The notes beneath the pieces were generated by a model. That model saw only the letters and a list, made by a program, of their open reading frames with translations. It was not told where the DNA came from and did not search any database. The position numbers were made by a program, and so were the translations under genes. A stretch of 49,190 nucleotides of DNA, filler included, from Trypethelium eluteriae (lineage: Eukaryota), in the NCBI GenBank assembly GCA_051942245.1. It is 2 parts of 2 records of this genome, joined end to end, with 100 filler letters (N's around TTAATTAATTAA, not from the genome) between each part and the next. Parts side by side here need not be neighbours in the genome. Positions count along the whole stretch, not along the records: positions 24,708 to 49,190 come from JAVECL010000401.1; 1 more part is not named here. One strand, 5' to 3'. How positions within the stretch are numbered: position 1 is the stretch's first letter; every line of letters begins with the position of its first letter. Positions 36,956 to 49,140 of this stretch are shown here, in pieces.

Positions 36956-37136
36956 CCTTACCGCGGTTGGGGGGTTCCTCCATTGGTAGTCAATACAATG
37001 TTATTTCAGCTTTACTGTTATGACCTTGCTGACGCATGATAAGGTGGTGTTAGCATGGGCCAACGTGATCGCAACAGTAAAATTGAGGTAACATTGTATT
37101 GATTACCAGTTGAGGAACCCCCCTTTCGCGGTACGG
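36956..37136. mobile_element. 181-bp fold-back (MITE-like) element, copy 1
   Basis: The whole element is an imperfect palindrome: CCTTACCGC..GGGGGGTTCCTC...CAATACAATGTTA... versus ...TAACATTGTATTG...GAGGAACCCCCC..GCGGTACGG. It is preceded by TA, has no coding capacity, and has a second copy at 48794-48974. Confidence 0.8.
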
Positions 37137-37960
37137 TCCGTTTTGAGTGATCAGGGCACCGCCTCCAGGTCTTCTCTGCCTGAAGCAAAAGCAGCGAAGG
37201 TGGTTGTCAGCACCAGAACACGACAGCTTCCAGCAAATATCATCTCCTATAATTCAGCGTATAGTTCAGCGTGGAAATAGAAGATGAACGCAACAACCGA
37301 TGGTATGAGATAGCCTAGAGGGTTTAATGCAAAGGTGGTCTAGGAGGGTCAACCGCCATTGTCGAATAGGCTCGTGAACCGTGCGCCGGAGTTAAGACCG
37401 CCAGCTCTGGCATCAGCGTCATCTCAACAATGAGAGGTACTTGGGCCCGGTGGAGCCATTCTTTGTGAGTTATTCCTCTTAACTACTCGTGGAGGCCCCA
37501 TCGGATATCGAGAAGCATTAAGTTGAAGAAATATCGATCGCGAGAGTCCAGGAATAGCCATTGTCTCGCGTGCTGTGACTTTCAAGTGCTGCATCAGCAG
37601 GATTACAGCCAGAAGTACGGAGTATGAGTCAACCCATTCTTTTCTTCCAGGTGCACAAAGAAACACTAAGAGATTGAACGGAGACCGGATTGTTTGTGCA
37701 CGCTCAATGGATTTGTCAAAGTTGGCCAATCATTGCATGCGCTAAGAATGACGATTTTGTGCGCATGGAGAAACGAAAGAATTCGATCAGGGACGGGATC
37801 GATTTTTCATCGGCGATCCCATGATATCACCACCTCATCACTGTTTACCTACTTGTAGGATCACTGACTTCACCTTCCCCTTCCTTGGAATCAAATCAAG
37901 ACCTTCACAATAGTTTTTTGACCTCATCAACCGTCAACTTATCGCACAGAACGGAGAAAT

Positions 37961-39007
37961 ATGAACACCGTCAAGAACGCCGCGAGGGCTGCGACTGACA
38001 GCGGCTCTCAGTTCACTGAGGGTATGAGCAAAGTGCCTCAATCATTGCCTATGAAATACTAAGTTGATGCATGCAGGCCACAAGGTCCCTATCTATCATC
38101 AAGATGCTCCCGGCCTGCAATCTGAAATGAAAGGGCCCCCACCCCAGTGCGAATACCTTCCAGACGAGAAAGGTGGCTATAGAAAATACCAGGCGGCAGG
38201 AAAACTACAGGACAAATCTGCAATCATTACGGGCGGCGATTCTGGCATTGGCCGCGCCATCGCTGTACTGTATGCCATGGAGGGTGCTGACAGCTACATT
38301 GCTTATTTGCCCGAGGAGGAGAAGGACGCCCAGGAAACAAAGAAGCTCGTCGAGGCATATGGGAGAAAGTGTCATTTGCACTCGGCAGATCTCAAGAAGA
38401 AGGAGAACTGCAAGGCCGTTATCGATGGCGCGCTCAAGGCCATGGGTAAACTAGACATACTCTGGTGTGCACCCGACTCCATCCCCGTCTGTTCATTATC
38501 CTGATCACTGCTGACCTTCTCCACAGTAATAACCATGCGTATCAGATGATGCATAAGGACATCACAAACCTCACCGAGGAGCAATGGGAGTTCACCTTCG
38601 CCACCAATATCCACCCCTACTTTTACCTCTCCAAATACGCCCTCCCCCATCTTTCTCGTGGCAGCACAATCATCAACAACGCCTCGATCAATGCTTACAT
38701 CGGACGCCCCGATCTGCTCGACTATACCTCCACCAAAGGCGCCATCGTGAGCTTCACACGCGGCTTGTCGAATCAGTTCTGCAGTAAGGGCATTCGTGTC
38801 AATGCTGTGGCACCCGGTCCGGTATGGACGCCGCTCATCCCAGCCACCATGACGGACGAGGCAATGGAGCAATTCTCGAGTCCAATTGGGCGACCCAGTC
38901 AGCCAAGCGAGATCGCCACCTGCTTTGTGTTTTTGGCAAGTACGGATAGTGCGAGCATTACAGGTCAGACTATACATGCCAATGGAGGGGTAGTGGTCAA
39001 TGGTTAA
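37961..39007 (+). CDS. Short-chain dehydrogenase/reductase, YhdF/YghA (general stress protein 39)-like
   Basis: TGGDSGIGRA Rossmann motif, DIL|CNNHAYQ, catalytic YTSTK and GIRVNAVAPGPVWTPLIP. Introns at 38022-38076 and 38465-38526. Confidence 0.92.
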
Positions 39008-39833
39008 GAGGCTCTGTGGGATGGCTCGGAGATTGCAACGACAGGTCATGATGTATGACCATTTCCCAGGCGAAGGATTGCTTCAAGTTCCAAATAGATG
39101 CGATAGAAAACCAAGAAACATTTGAGCAAAAAGAGCCATGGATTGCAGATCATCTAGCTTTGATCGCTTCCACTTGTCCATCTTCATTATCCATGTCCAT
39201 ATTGAAGAAGCTCTGTACAAGTTGCTACAATCTTGTTATGTGTTGAGCACTTGCATTGAATTTATTATCATAGCATGATGTACTGAATTGCGGAAGAAGG
39301 CTACAGTAGCACTTCATTTAGAGATTGCAGAAGCTATCTCCTGAAGGCACAGTAAGGTTCTAGGCTGAACAATTGAGTATAATACAGGGAACGGCTATTT
39401 TATCTGCAGTGGAAAAAGGACGAAAAACCCAGTGTCCGCGTTCATTGACCCATATGTTAAGCGTAGACAAAACCAGGAAGGGAATAGGTAGACGAGTATC
39501 GTTCTTCCAGCAGTAGCGCAATACGTTGAGTGGCAATGATTCTGTAGCGCTTTCACGAGTCAAAGACTTGTTGTTTTGTGATTTTGAGCAACGGCATTCA
39601 TCATTGACAATATGCCATTGAGCCTTTGCCTGTGATATGAAGGTCAATGCTTAGATTTGTGGGAACTCCTACTCATCTCTGCGGAGGCGCAAAGAAGCTG
39701 GTCATAGTCTAAAAAGGGGCATTCTGAGAAAATTACCTGGTCTTTCTAATCACTACCTGGAGCGCCAAACTATCTTCTACAATACTACCAACAGCCTCCT
39801 TCCCCTAATGAAGGGGACCAAGCCATTCCGGGC

Positions 39834-40145
39834 TTAATGGTGATTAGCTTTTGAGATCGCACTCTTCGCCGCTGTACGGGTCAGATATCGTGGTTTCTTG
39901 CAGGCTCTATTGTCATGGCTAACCAGTATTAGGAATGCGCTGATAGATTCGAGCAGGTCGGCCGCTGCTTGGCTCCACGCTTCTAACTTACGCAAGTGGA
40001 CGTCCTTGTCGTACGTTTCGTCAGCAAGTTCCCAGTATTCCTCCTTCAATTGCTGGTTCTCTCCGATGAAGTGTTGTAATTCATTCTCTGTGGAAATTTG
40101 CTGTGCTTCTAGTTCCCGGATTCTCTGAATGGGGTCTCGAGCCAT
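39834..40145 (-). CDS. Hypothetical small coiled-coil protein (orphan or remnant)
   Basis: 103-aa ORF with a good start context (AAAAATGGC) and heptad-like sequence IQRIRELEAQQISTENELQHFIGENQQLKEE. No family recognised. Confidence 0.4.
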   Translation of the reverse strand: MARDPIQRIRELEAQQISTENELQHFIGENQQLKEEYWELADETYDKDVHLRKLEAWSQAAADLLESISAFLILVSHDNRACKKPRYLTRTAAKSAISKANHH

Positions 40146-40368
40146 TTTTGTACTTATTGCTGTTGTGAAAGGCTTTCAGTGGAGAGCTCTGTAGACACAT
40201 CCTTAAGTATCTGGAATATTGTGAATGGTGGTGAGCCACCTTCGAATTCGTAAGTCTTTCAGAACAACGGAATCTCCGTGATCGTAGATGAAACCTAGTG
40301 AACTTCGATGACCACCAGAATGGGAATTCTCCGAACCCACGCAAGCCGTATGGCCGGTCTCGATATGC

Positions 40369-41157
40369 TCATGCATCTGTCCATCTCAACGCCGTAGCGC
40401 AAGAAGTAGCTTGAACGGCGATGACCGTCCCAATGATCGCAGCGCCCTTGCCAGCATGTCTCAACCCAATCTTGATCAAATCAGAAGGCTTCTGCACCGC
40501 CACCTGCTCATTGATTCTCTGCTCCAAGACTCCCACTATTCCTCCTCCTGCCGCTCCAGCGACAGCAGCCATTCCCCAACATCTCCAAAAGGACCGTGGA
40601 GGCAATTCTCCTTGCTCGCCTCTGTGACTCAAATAATTATACATCCCAAAGCACATAAAGAGCTTCAGCCCCTGCAGACTCGCAGGTCTCGTCGTCGCAT
40701 TCAGCCATTCGAGCCCCCGCCTCAGCACGGGGTTCTTGGCAGTGTTCTCCGGAAGTGTAGGGATGGTTTTAGGTCTCCATATCGCGCTCGCAACCAGCAC
40801 CTCAAGAGCCCCACCATACGCGCCCCCAATAGCTCCGACCTGCCATGCGGGCGGGGTCTTCTTATCGAACCAGGATGTGGGAAGATTGAGACGCACCAGA
40901 TCAAAGACCCAGAAGCGGAGGCCGGTTCGTAGGAGAGTAGGTGCAAGATTGGTGCGGACGAAGGCGCCAAAAGGGGTCCGAGGTTGGGGAGAGGAGAGAA
41001 GGAGGTAGCTAGGAGCGAGGGAGACAGCGCCGGCGAATGATCCGGTGAGGAAGAAGATGGATTGTCGGAGGGGAGAGGGGATGTTGAAGGGGCTTTGGGA
41101 GTTGGTCCGCGTTGGAAAAGAGTGAGACAAAGGAGAGGCGGTAGGAATGGAGGACAT
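40369..41157 (-). CDS. Hypothetical membrane protein, highly divergent mitochondrial-carrier-like
   Basis: Intronless ORF of ~262 aa with three Gly/Ala-rich helices (FLTGSFAGAVS, VGAIGGAYGGALE, MAAVAGAAGGGIV). The first two are followed by carrier-like RTGLRFWVFD and LKLFMCFGMYN. Confidence 0.55.
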   Translation of the reverse strand: MSSIPTASPLSHSFPTRTNSQSPFNIPSPLRQSIFFLTGSFAGAVSLAPSYLLLSSPQPRTPFGAFVRTNLAPTLLRTGLRFWVFDLVRLNLPTSWFDKKTPPAWQVGAIGGAYGGALEVLVASAIWRPKTIPTLPENTAKNPVLRRGLEWLNATTRPASLQGLKLFMCFGMYNYLSHRGEQGELPPRSFWRCWGMAAVAGAAGGGIVGVLEQRINEQVAVQKPSDLIKIGLRHAGKGAAIIGTVIAVQATSCATALRWTDA

Positions 41158-42706
41158 CGATGAAGGAGAAGACAAGAGATTCAGATCTTTTTAAAATTTA
41201 GAAATTGGACATGTAGGAGCTCAGAGAGACTAGATCGCTTAGGTGGGTTAGGTAGCTTGAGGGGAATGACCTAGCTCTGGGGTGAAGCTTCGCACCTAAT
41301 CCCTGTCAATCCAAAATTTAGCAAATCCCATTGCCAAGGGCAAGGTGTCTTATGGCTCGCCGTAGCTGGATAATTTTACCTTATGGGCTCAAAGTTTGAA
41401 TCTGCGGTATCGCTGGCATCCTTGCGGTAGGGCTTATGGTACTTACTCTAGTGAACTGGACTATCTTCATCTCTGATATTCCTGTGCGTTACCGAGTGCT
41501 CAAATGTTGATCCACCTATTATTGTGCGAGTGCGATCAGTCAATCCCATAGAGTACGGTACCGGGCCGCCATATTCACCTTCGGACAGCACTTTAGAGAG
41601 ACCACGTACGTTACATCAATTCTTACCTTTGCATGATATCCAGGCTCGTTATCTCTCAGCTCTGGCGAGTCGCACTGCTTATCTGTCGGTTGCATCTCAA
41701 GCTTGCATAGCAAATGCGGAAGGCTTCTTCGATTTGATACTTCACTGGGCGTTGAGCATATCACTGTCAGAAGTTTGGAGTACCCCTCAGCGAAGCTCCG
41801 AATCAATCGAGATAGCTCGGATGGCTTTGGGGAAAATGGTCTCGACACATCTTGGGGCTGGCTGAGGAAAAGACTCAGCTAGACGTAATGGGTTAGCTAA
41901 TATTTTGTCCTTTGGACTGCATTCGTCGTTACCGGGTCCCCTCACAAATTACGCTAAGCTTATTCGCTGTACGAGTCCATGCCTTACACTCAACTAGTTT
42001 ACGTCTGGTCACTCTGATGCTTCGGCTGCTTGTAAGTTCAGCTCAGTCGCGGATGCTAGCTGGGTGGGTTAAAGTGCCATATTGCTCTGGCGTTTTGATG
42101 CCTTTGTATACGATGTTTTGCAAGACTTACCCCTTCTCCAAACAGACCTGTAGCTGAGCATGACACGCCATGCACGCTGCTAAAAGTTTAGGCTTCGTAC
42201 TTGGTGCTGAGGCTTGCCTAGACCATACGAACAGACCTGACTCTATGCGCTTTAGATGCGTACGACGCCTTTAAACCCTCAAATCCGTGAAAATTAACAG
42301 TCTGGACCTCGATATCGCCCAGAACAGGATGTTTCTTGTTCGCTCGAAGTTCATCAATCGGCTCATGGCGTCGATTGAATGGTAGGTGGGGGTCTGCCTT
42401 TCTCTGTTGCAGCCAATTGACTCTTTCTTCAGAGCCAAGTCTCTGACGCCAGCAGACCTTCTGGACCGCTCTTGGCAAGTGCTGTACAAAGCATGGTCAG
42501 CACTGAACAAGTCAATTGGCTGCAGCTTATTAACCGAATGCGGACTCTTGTATACCTTGGGAGTCTAATATGGAGCTTTGGCACTTGTTCAGATCCGTGG
42601 ACAGCGTCTATAAAGGAGCTGACTGCTCCATTACACTCTTCTTTTCCATGTAGAACGTCAAACCTACGAGCAAGCAAACATCTCGCTTCGTATATACTTC
42701 TTCAAT

Positions 42707-44971
42707 ATGGAAAGCCTTCTTCAAGCTCAACAAAGAGGGGTGGTCGTCGGACTGAAAGGCGTCGCAAACGGCAGCCCTGTTCCTCGCTTGGATATTGACG
42801 AGCTTTTGGTCAAAAAGCCTGACGCATTCAATCTTTTCTTGCTAGCCTTGGACGATCTGCAGAATGAGAAAAACACGAAGGAAAAGATGGGCTACTACCA
42901 AGTGGCTGGTATTGCGCATCCCCTCTCTGCTTGAATTGGAACTAAGACGTGTTCGTTGCAGGTATTCATGGTCTCCCTAGATCATTCTGGGATGGCATCA
43001 AAAATGCGAACAAGACAGTTGATCCAAGGGGATGGGCAGGTCAGGGCTACTGTACTCACTCGCGACCTACCTTTCCAACTTGGCACCGCCCGTATCTAGC
43101 GATGTTTGAGGTGTGTCGCATTACTCCGAACCTGTACCGTGATCAGCGCTCAGACGATGTAGCAAACTTTATACGCAAAGATGGCTGAAATAGCGGAGCT
43201 ATTCCCAGAGAATGCCAAAAAAAAGTATCGGGATTCCCTGAAAGATTTCCGACTTCCATATTGGGACTACTACAAGCCGCGGAATCAGACAAAGACAAAG
43301 ATGCCTGGTATCACCCAACCGGGGGGAGCGACAAGCTTTGAATATGACTTCGGAATTCCTCAGGTGTTTACTGTCGAGTCTGTGATGGTTCGAAGGACCT
43401 CGGACGACCAGCTCGAGCCTCTTGAAAATCCATTGAATCGCTTCATCTTCCCTTCGTCTGGGGGCTTTGCGGATGCCGACTGGACCTTAGTGTCTAATTT
43501 CTCCAAGAAACAGACGGTCAGGTACCCTTCTAGCATCAGTGACACGAAGGGCAGCTCCACTTTGTTAAATGCGACTCTCAACAGAGAACGCGAAAACAAT
43601 ACAACTATCATTCTCGATATGATCAAAGACTACAACAGCTTTGCATCATTTTCTAGTGATTCGCTGTCACCTGGATTGTCGGGCAGTCTCGAAGACATTC
43701 ATGGCAACTACCATGGCCTCATTGGAGGTCCTCGCGGACGTCAAGGACACATGAGCCAGGTGCCGATCGCAGCGTTCGACCCCATCTTTTGGATCCATCA
43801 CTGGTAGGAGAGCCCCCTCTCACAGAACAGGTTCTTGTTGTGCTGATACCAATACAGTCAAATTGACCGCTGGCTGGCTATATGGCAAGCAGCCCATCCA
43901 GACAAGTGGTTCGACGGGCAGTATCAGGAACTGGTGAACCGCAGGTGGACGCCGACCGACATTGCGCCCTTGGCTGAAGAAGTCGCCGTTCCATTCCGTC
44001 ATCCGCAAGGTTCATTCTGGACTGCTAATCTCGCCAGAAAGACCGATGACTTTGGTTACGTTTATAAAGATGCCATCGGCTCGCCACAGGAAGTCAGGGC
44101 CAAGTTTGCAAGCCTATACTCGTGGGCTGTGCGGTCACGTACCGGAACCGGAAAGTATGGTCCGCCGCCTCCAGATATGGTTCCCAATGCGAACGCCGTC
44201 AACTCTGCTCAAGTCTTCCAGTACACAGCGGTGAACAAGGTAACCAACTTCGCCAGCTCAGCTGCTTTTGAAGCTCCTCAGACCGTCATCAACTTCCTAC
44301 AAACCACCACGTCTGCCGCGAGCGAGAAAGCAGGAATCTCGTCATCCGAGAAGGCAGAAGAAACCAATGGCGATGCCGCTGCCAGCACGAATCCGGTAGC
44401 CCCTGAGGCTAACAATTCTGATATTTCCTTCACAAATCTTCTGCAGAATCAAGTTGCCGCGGCTCCGAACACTGTCGATGAATCCAGATACAGTCGAGAT
44501 TGGTACGTTGACAACGTTGTCGAGAGACTTGCTCTCAACGGCTCCTTCACGATTTTCTACTTCGTCGGCAATTTCAATAGTGTCGACGTTGAAAATTACG
44601 AGCTTCAACCCACCATGGCTGGTCTCAACCACGTCTTCACGTCAAGCCGAGAAGCTTGCGACAACTGTGGCGTTCAGGCTGAAGAGGGTCACCTGATCTC
44701 TGGTACTAAGCCAATCACTCCCATGCTCCTCGATTACGTCAAGATTGGCGAGCTGCCAGATATTACACCGGCTAATGTTGTGCCGTTCTTGACGAAGAAT
44801 CTGAAGTGGAGAATCGTAGGCGCGAGTGGTGAGCCTGCAAACCCGAGGACAGTTGCTGGCTTCAAAGTTGGTGTATCTTCGAAGCTCAGCCCATTGACCG
44901 GTACAGACGGAGGGCCAATCTATGAAGAATACCCACAGATCGTGGAGCAGATTATTGCAAATGCATCCTAA
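42707..44971 (+). CDS. Cytosolic tyrosinase (type-3 copper) with a C-terminal shielding domain
   Basis: YYQVA|GIHGLP, CuA YCTHSRPTFPTWHRPYL, FRLPYWDY, CuB LEDIHGNYHGLIGG..GHMS.VPIAAFDPIFWIHH|CQIDRWLAIWQ, and a C-terminal CDNC motif. Introns at 42909-42961, 43111-43162 and 43804-43857. No signal peptide. TATAAA at ~42609. Confidence 0.95.
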
Positions 44972-47900
44972 GAAAGTAAGGCTTCCGGCAACAGTTGCGA
45001 ACGTGGAGGGGAGATGGAAGCCATGAACGCTGTGGATGCGATTACAATGAGCCTTTAGCATCACGTATACGATTAGCTCCGTAAATGCATATCCTACAGT
45101 TATAGTTTGATAGTGCGACAGTGATGTTTGAAATGAAGCTCACGCATCTTGTCTCGCTGTACGGAGTAATAACTTACCTATTGTGCCGCAACTCAGACTT
45201 GAGAATTTCAAGCCCATCGAGTTGCGATGCTTGAAGGCAAAGATCTACTATGTATTCGTACGTGCTCGGTGACTGGTAGAGTATTGGCTGAGCTTCACAG
45301 CGCAATACTAAGCTCCAGCGGGTCACGGTAACAAAAGGTGCTCAACGCATAGAGCCGGCAAGAGATAAGGACCGAAGCTTTCCTTGAGAGGAGAGTTGCA
45401 GGCTCGCCATATGAACTGAACGTTTCAAAATCGCATGCAAAGAGAGCGTAATTGCACTCCCCACAGCTCCCCACGCTCCGTGGCTCCCTCCTGTTATTTT
45501 GGGTTCCGTGGAGAGATTATCGTAAATCGTATTAACCAAAAAAATTTAAATCTTTGGCGAGACCCTGGTCTTACCTAATCCAACACGTGCCAACCCACAG
45601 ACGACAATTCAACTTTATCTCCACATGCTATCATCTCTTTAAAGGAGTCTCTAATGATCGCGAGACGGGATCTTCTCACAGATCATGCACGCTGACAACC
45701 TCGAATACGTTGCGTATCTATACCCACTTGATACTACATACAGCTTACGAATTCAGCATATTTACCAAAAAATGAAGAAGTTGCATTGAGAGAAGACTTA
45801 ATACGGCAGCACTATAATGAGTAAGAAAGCAACTCAAAGCTTGAAGCTCAGCATCTATCGGCCTGGTCGAGGATTCTGTCTGCAGTAAGAGATTACGCGG
45901 AATCTAATCCCCGCCGATCCAAATGTATGGCACTGGCATTGGAAAACCCGTAAACTCATACATTACAGGCCCGATTCCATCAAAATGTATCCTTGAGCAC
46001 CGTATGTATGCAATAAGGATAGCGTCGATGTCTTCCCCTAATATAGTCACTGTGGTGGTGCAATCAGCTACTTTAGATTTGTACGTAGGCGTCGAGATTT
46101 TCAAAACCTACCAGCGAGATCTGCCGAACTGGAAGGCACCCCGAGGTTCCAGTCTATGGCGAATCCAAAAGCTAGAGGCAAGTATTTCTCTATTGGCGGC
46201 ACCAACTTGAGACTTCCAAACTCTGCGCTCAATTCGGGACTGTGATTATCCCAGAAGGTTCTTTTGAAGCCTTCTCAGAAGAGGGTATCCAGCAGCTCGG
46301 CAGCCTCACTCATCATCATGATCACCTCCACATCAAATGCAGTAGGCGAACACTGTTCTGCTATCATGTTCTGTCGAATGGTGCCACCATACCTACACCC
46401 TCTCATGAAATCGGGAAGAGAAGACTGCAGTACAAGCTAAGTCGCTCTATGTTAGCTCTCGCGTGCGACAAACGACAAACATTTGGAGTTTTTCAACCAA
46501 AGCATTCTCTTTGTACAAAGCTAAGAAAGCATGCTTACCGTTCTGAATTCTTGGTCGCTGTGGCAATCCACAAAAAGAAGATACCGCATCGTGAAGCTTT
46601 GGACCTTTGGGCCAAGTAAGCTACAGAGATAACGCGTTGAGGTAGCGAATAGCTCACAGGTCGTGCAAAAAGTTGAGCAATAGCGGCTGTTGGGTCGAGT
46701 CTGTCAGCTACGAATGCCTTGGTCTCAGACCGGAGCAATAGCTTCACAATATGATGCGGAATGTTGGAATGAGACTTACATATAGCTGTACGTTGCTTCG
46801 AAGGCGAACAAGATGTGGACAGGTTGTGGGTTTGTGAGTCAAGGGCTGCAGAGGGTCGAGCTCAGAGCAAACTTTCCGTGTACCCACATAGCTTAGCTAA
46901 TTCCTAGACGTTCTCGACGTATCCCACAGCCTCTTAGGCTCTATGTGTGTGAGAGAGGGACTTTGCCGTTGCTTATAGAGGTCTAGGCCAAGACAGGGAT
47001 GGGGTTCACTGGGTAGCAATGTCAAACACTATTCGTGTGTCCTTCCCGCTTTGCCCTGTACTAAGCTCCAGCGGATCAGGAATTATCACCAGATCGACTA
47101 TCTCCAAAGCTATTGGGAAATTAGTGCTATGTTTGCCCTGAGTCCCAACATGAATCTACAGCAAGGATCACCGACACAAAGACCTCGAGGACTTCTCGAT
47201 CATCACTGGAAAAAAATGGAGATCAAGGTACCCTGGTTCCCCGACTACTTGTGTCAACATAAGGGGCAGAAGATGCCAAATCTGGCGCTAGCGCCTGTGT
47301 CTAGAGAAGCAAAAGGGTCCGTAACTATCTCTGAGGCCATGCCCTGAGTCTGTGCAACTATTGTACTGGACGGATCATATGAGAGGTCCCAGCCTGATCT
47401 CGCAGATGTTTGAGCCAGGAACCAGTTAGGAGCAGAGTGTAAGCCTATTTTCAACGAAGGCAAGAGCAATCTTCTCACGGGAAAACTGCAGCCAATACTG
47501 TACAGAATAGGTCTACCTTGAATACGACTAATCTTGCAATCTAGTCTCACCGCGTATGCACCGTCTTCTCGGTATCGAGTGATGGAGGCCCTTGCCGCTT
47601 ACGTCTGACTTTACGAGCCCATAATCAAAATTGATTAGTTCGAGGATATTGCGAATGACTACTTTGAATGACACGTCTGCCCAACTATGAATCTAGTGAC
47701 ATTCAGCAACTTTTCATGCTACCAAGAGACCTAACTTACTGAAAGACGGAGACGGCACCTGAGCTGGCGGTGCAAAAGCTAGGGAAAGAAAGCGAAAAGT
47801 CAGAAATTGTGGAATCAAGCGTCCCTAAAGAGCAACATCCATTGACTAGGCGGAGTTTGAATATGCACCACCTGATGGCAAACAAATCGACGTCGGATTG

Positions 47901-48793
47901 CTCTACTGACGCCATTGAATCGCTTGGGAATTGTGCACCCCATTGGGCCTGTGGAGTTATATACCTAACCGAATAAATCTGGGCAAGGCCAACAGAAGCC
48001 ACAGAGCAACCAACGCAATCGATGGCAAGATCAAAACACGATTGAGGATCCCCTCCTCTCAACAAATCAAGAATGACAAGAGGCCATCGACTACAATGAG
48101 GTGGGCTTAAAAGGGGCTCGTCGAGATGCAGATAATTGGAGCTGGGACATGAAGGTCCAGTATGATGCATTGTCTTTGGGACTTTCCGGAATTGCTAGCA
48201 GAGAAGGGAAGTGTGTCGATATATCAGCCAATGCTATGGTGTATGTCAATCCGTTAATCCCAAGCATCACTCTGAAAGTAGTTTGCGAGATCTTCTGGAC
48301 TAGTGAAGGAAGAGCCTGAAAGCCAGAAGAGGGAACAGGCGAGGAAGAAACCTGCGAGAGTCTCGACAGGCACGATTACTTTACAGCTAAATGTTCAGTG
48401 ATACTCGAAGAAGTGAGTGGGCTAAGATCCAAATCGAAGAAGTGACGACGTGAATTGACATTTTCGCAAGAGACAGAACTGTACCTCTAGAGTACGCGGT
48501 TACCACCACAGCCATCATTTCCTGACCACCGCAAGAAAAGAACAACTGAGAACCTGCAGCCTTCACTGCTTTGACGATACTGAATTTCTAAGAGCACGCT
48601 TCATCGCATGCACGCTGCCTCAGTCTCCTGGTAAAACAGCCTATGCTACTGAGGAATCAAACAGTATGTCATCCAGCAGTGGAAGACAGCAAACTCTACA
48701 ACATAGCAAAGAAGTGGAATGGAATCAGACGTGGTATAGTGGGCGGTTTGCTCACGGACCTTGCAGAGTTTGCCATGAACCGACAAAAAGGCA

Positions 48794-48974
48794 TCTTACC
48801 GCGGTTGGGGGGTTCCTCAACTGGTAGTTGATACAATGCTACCCCAGTTTAACTGTCATAACCATGTTGGCCCATGTCAAGGCGGCGTTAACGTGGGCCA
48901 ACAGGGTTATAACAGTAAAGTCGAAACAGCATTGTATTGATCACCAGTTGAGGAGTCCCCGGTTAGCGGTAACG
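48794..48974. mobile_element. 181-bp fold-back (MITE-like) element, copy 2
   Basis: Same length as copy 1 and aligns without gaps (138/181 identical by hand count). Arms of ~87 bp surround a GGCGGCG loop, and the element is followed by TA. Confidence 0.8.
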
Positions 48975-49087
48975 TACTCAACGCATCGAGCCGGCATGTG
49001 ACTGTGTTTTTCTTTTCTGAGAGGAGAGTTGAGTTATTATTATGCTACAATACAAGACCAGGCCATTTCTAGGCCAGCGTCTGCAGG

Positions 49088-49140
49088 TCTATATCTACAT
49101 GTAGTCTATCGTCTATTGTCTATAAGTCTATAATCCATAA
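49088..49140 (+). repeat. Degenerate short tandem repeat (GTCTAT-based)
   Basis: gtctatatctac..gtctatcgtctattgtctataagtctataatccataa. Confidence 0.5.

Noticed and set aside
41524..42677. Several overlapping short ORFs upstream of the tyrosinase
   Set aside because: No recognisable domain; most likely promoter/intergenic or unidentifiable decayed sequence.
18744..44971. Melanin or secondary-metabolite cluster (multicopper oxidase + tyrosinase + SDR)
   Set aside because: The genes are ~17-22 kb apart, separated by housekeeping genes and a gap, and there is no PKS, NRPS or cluster transcription factor in the window.
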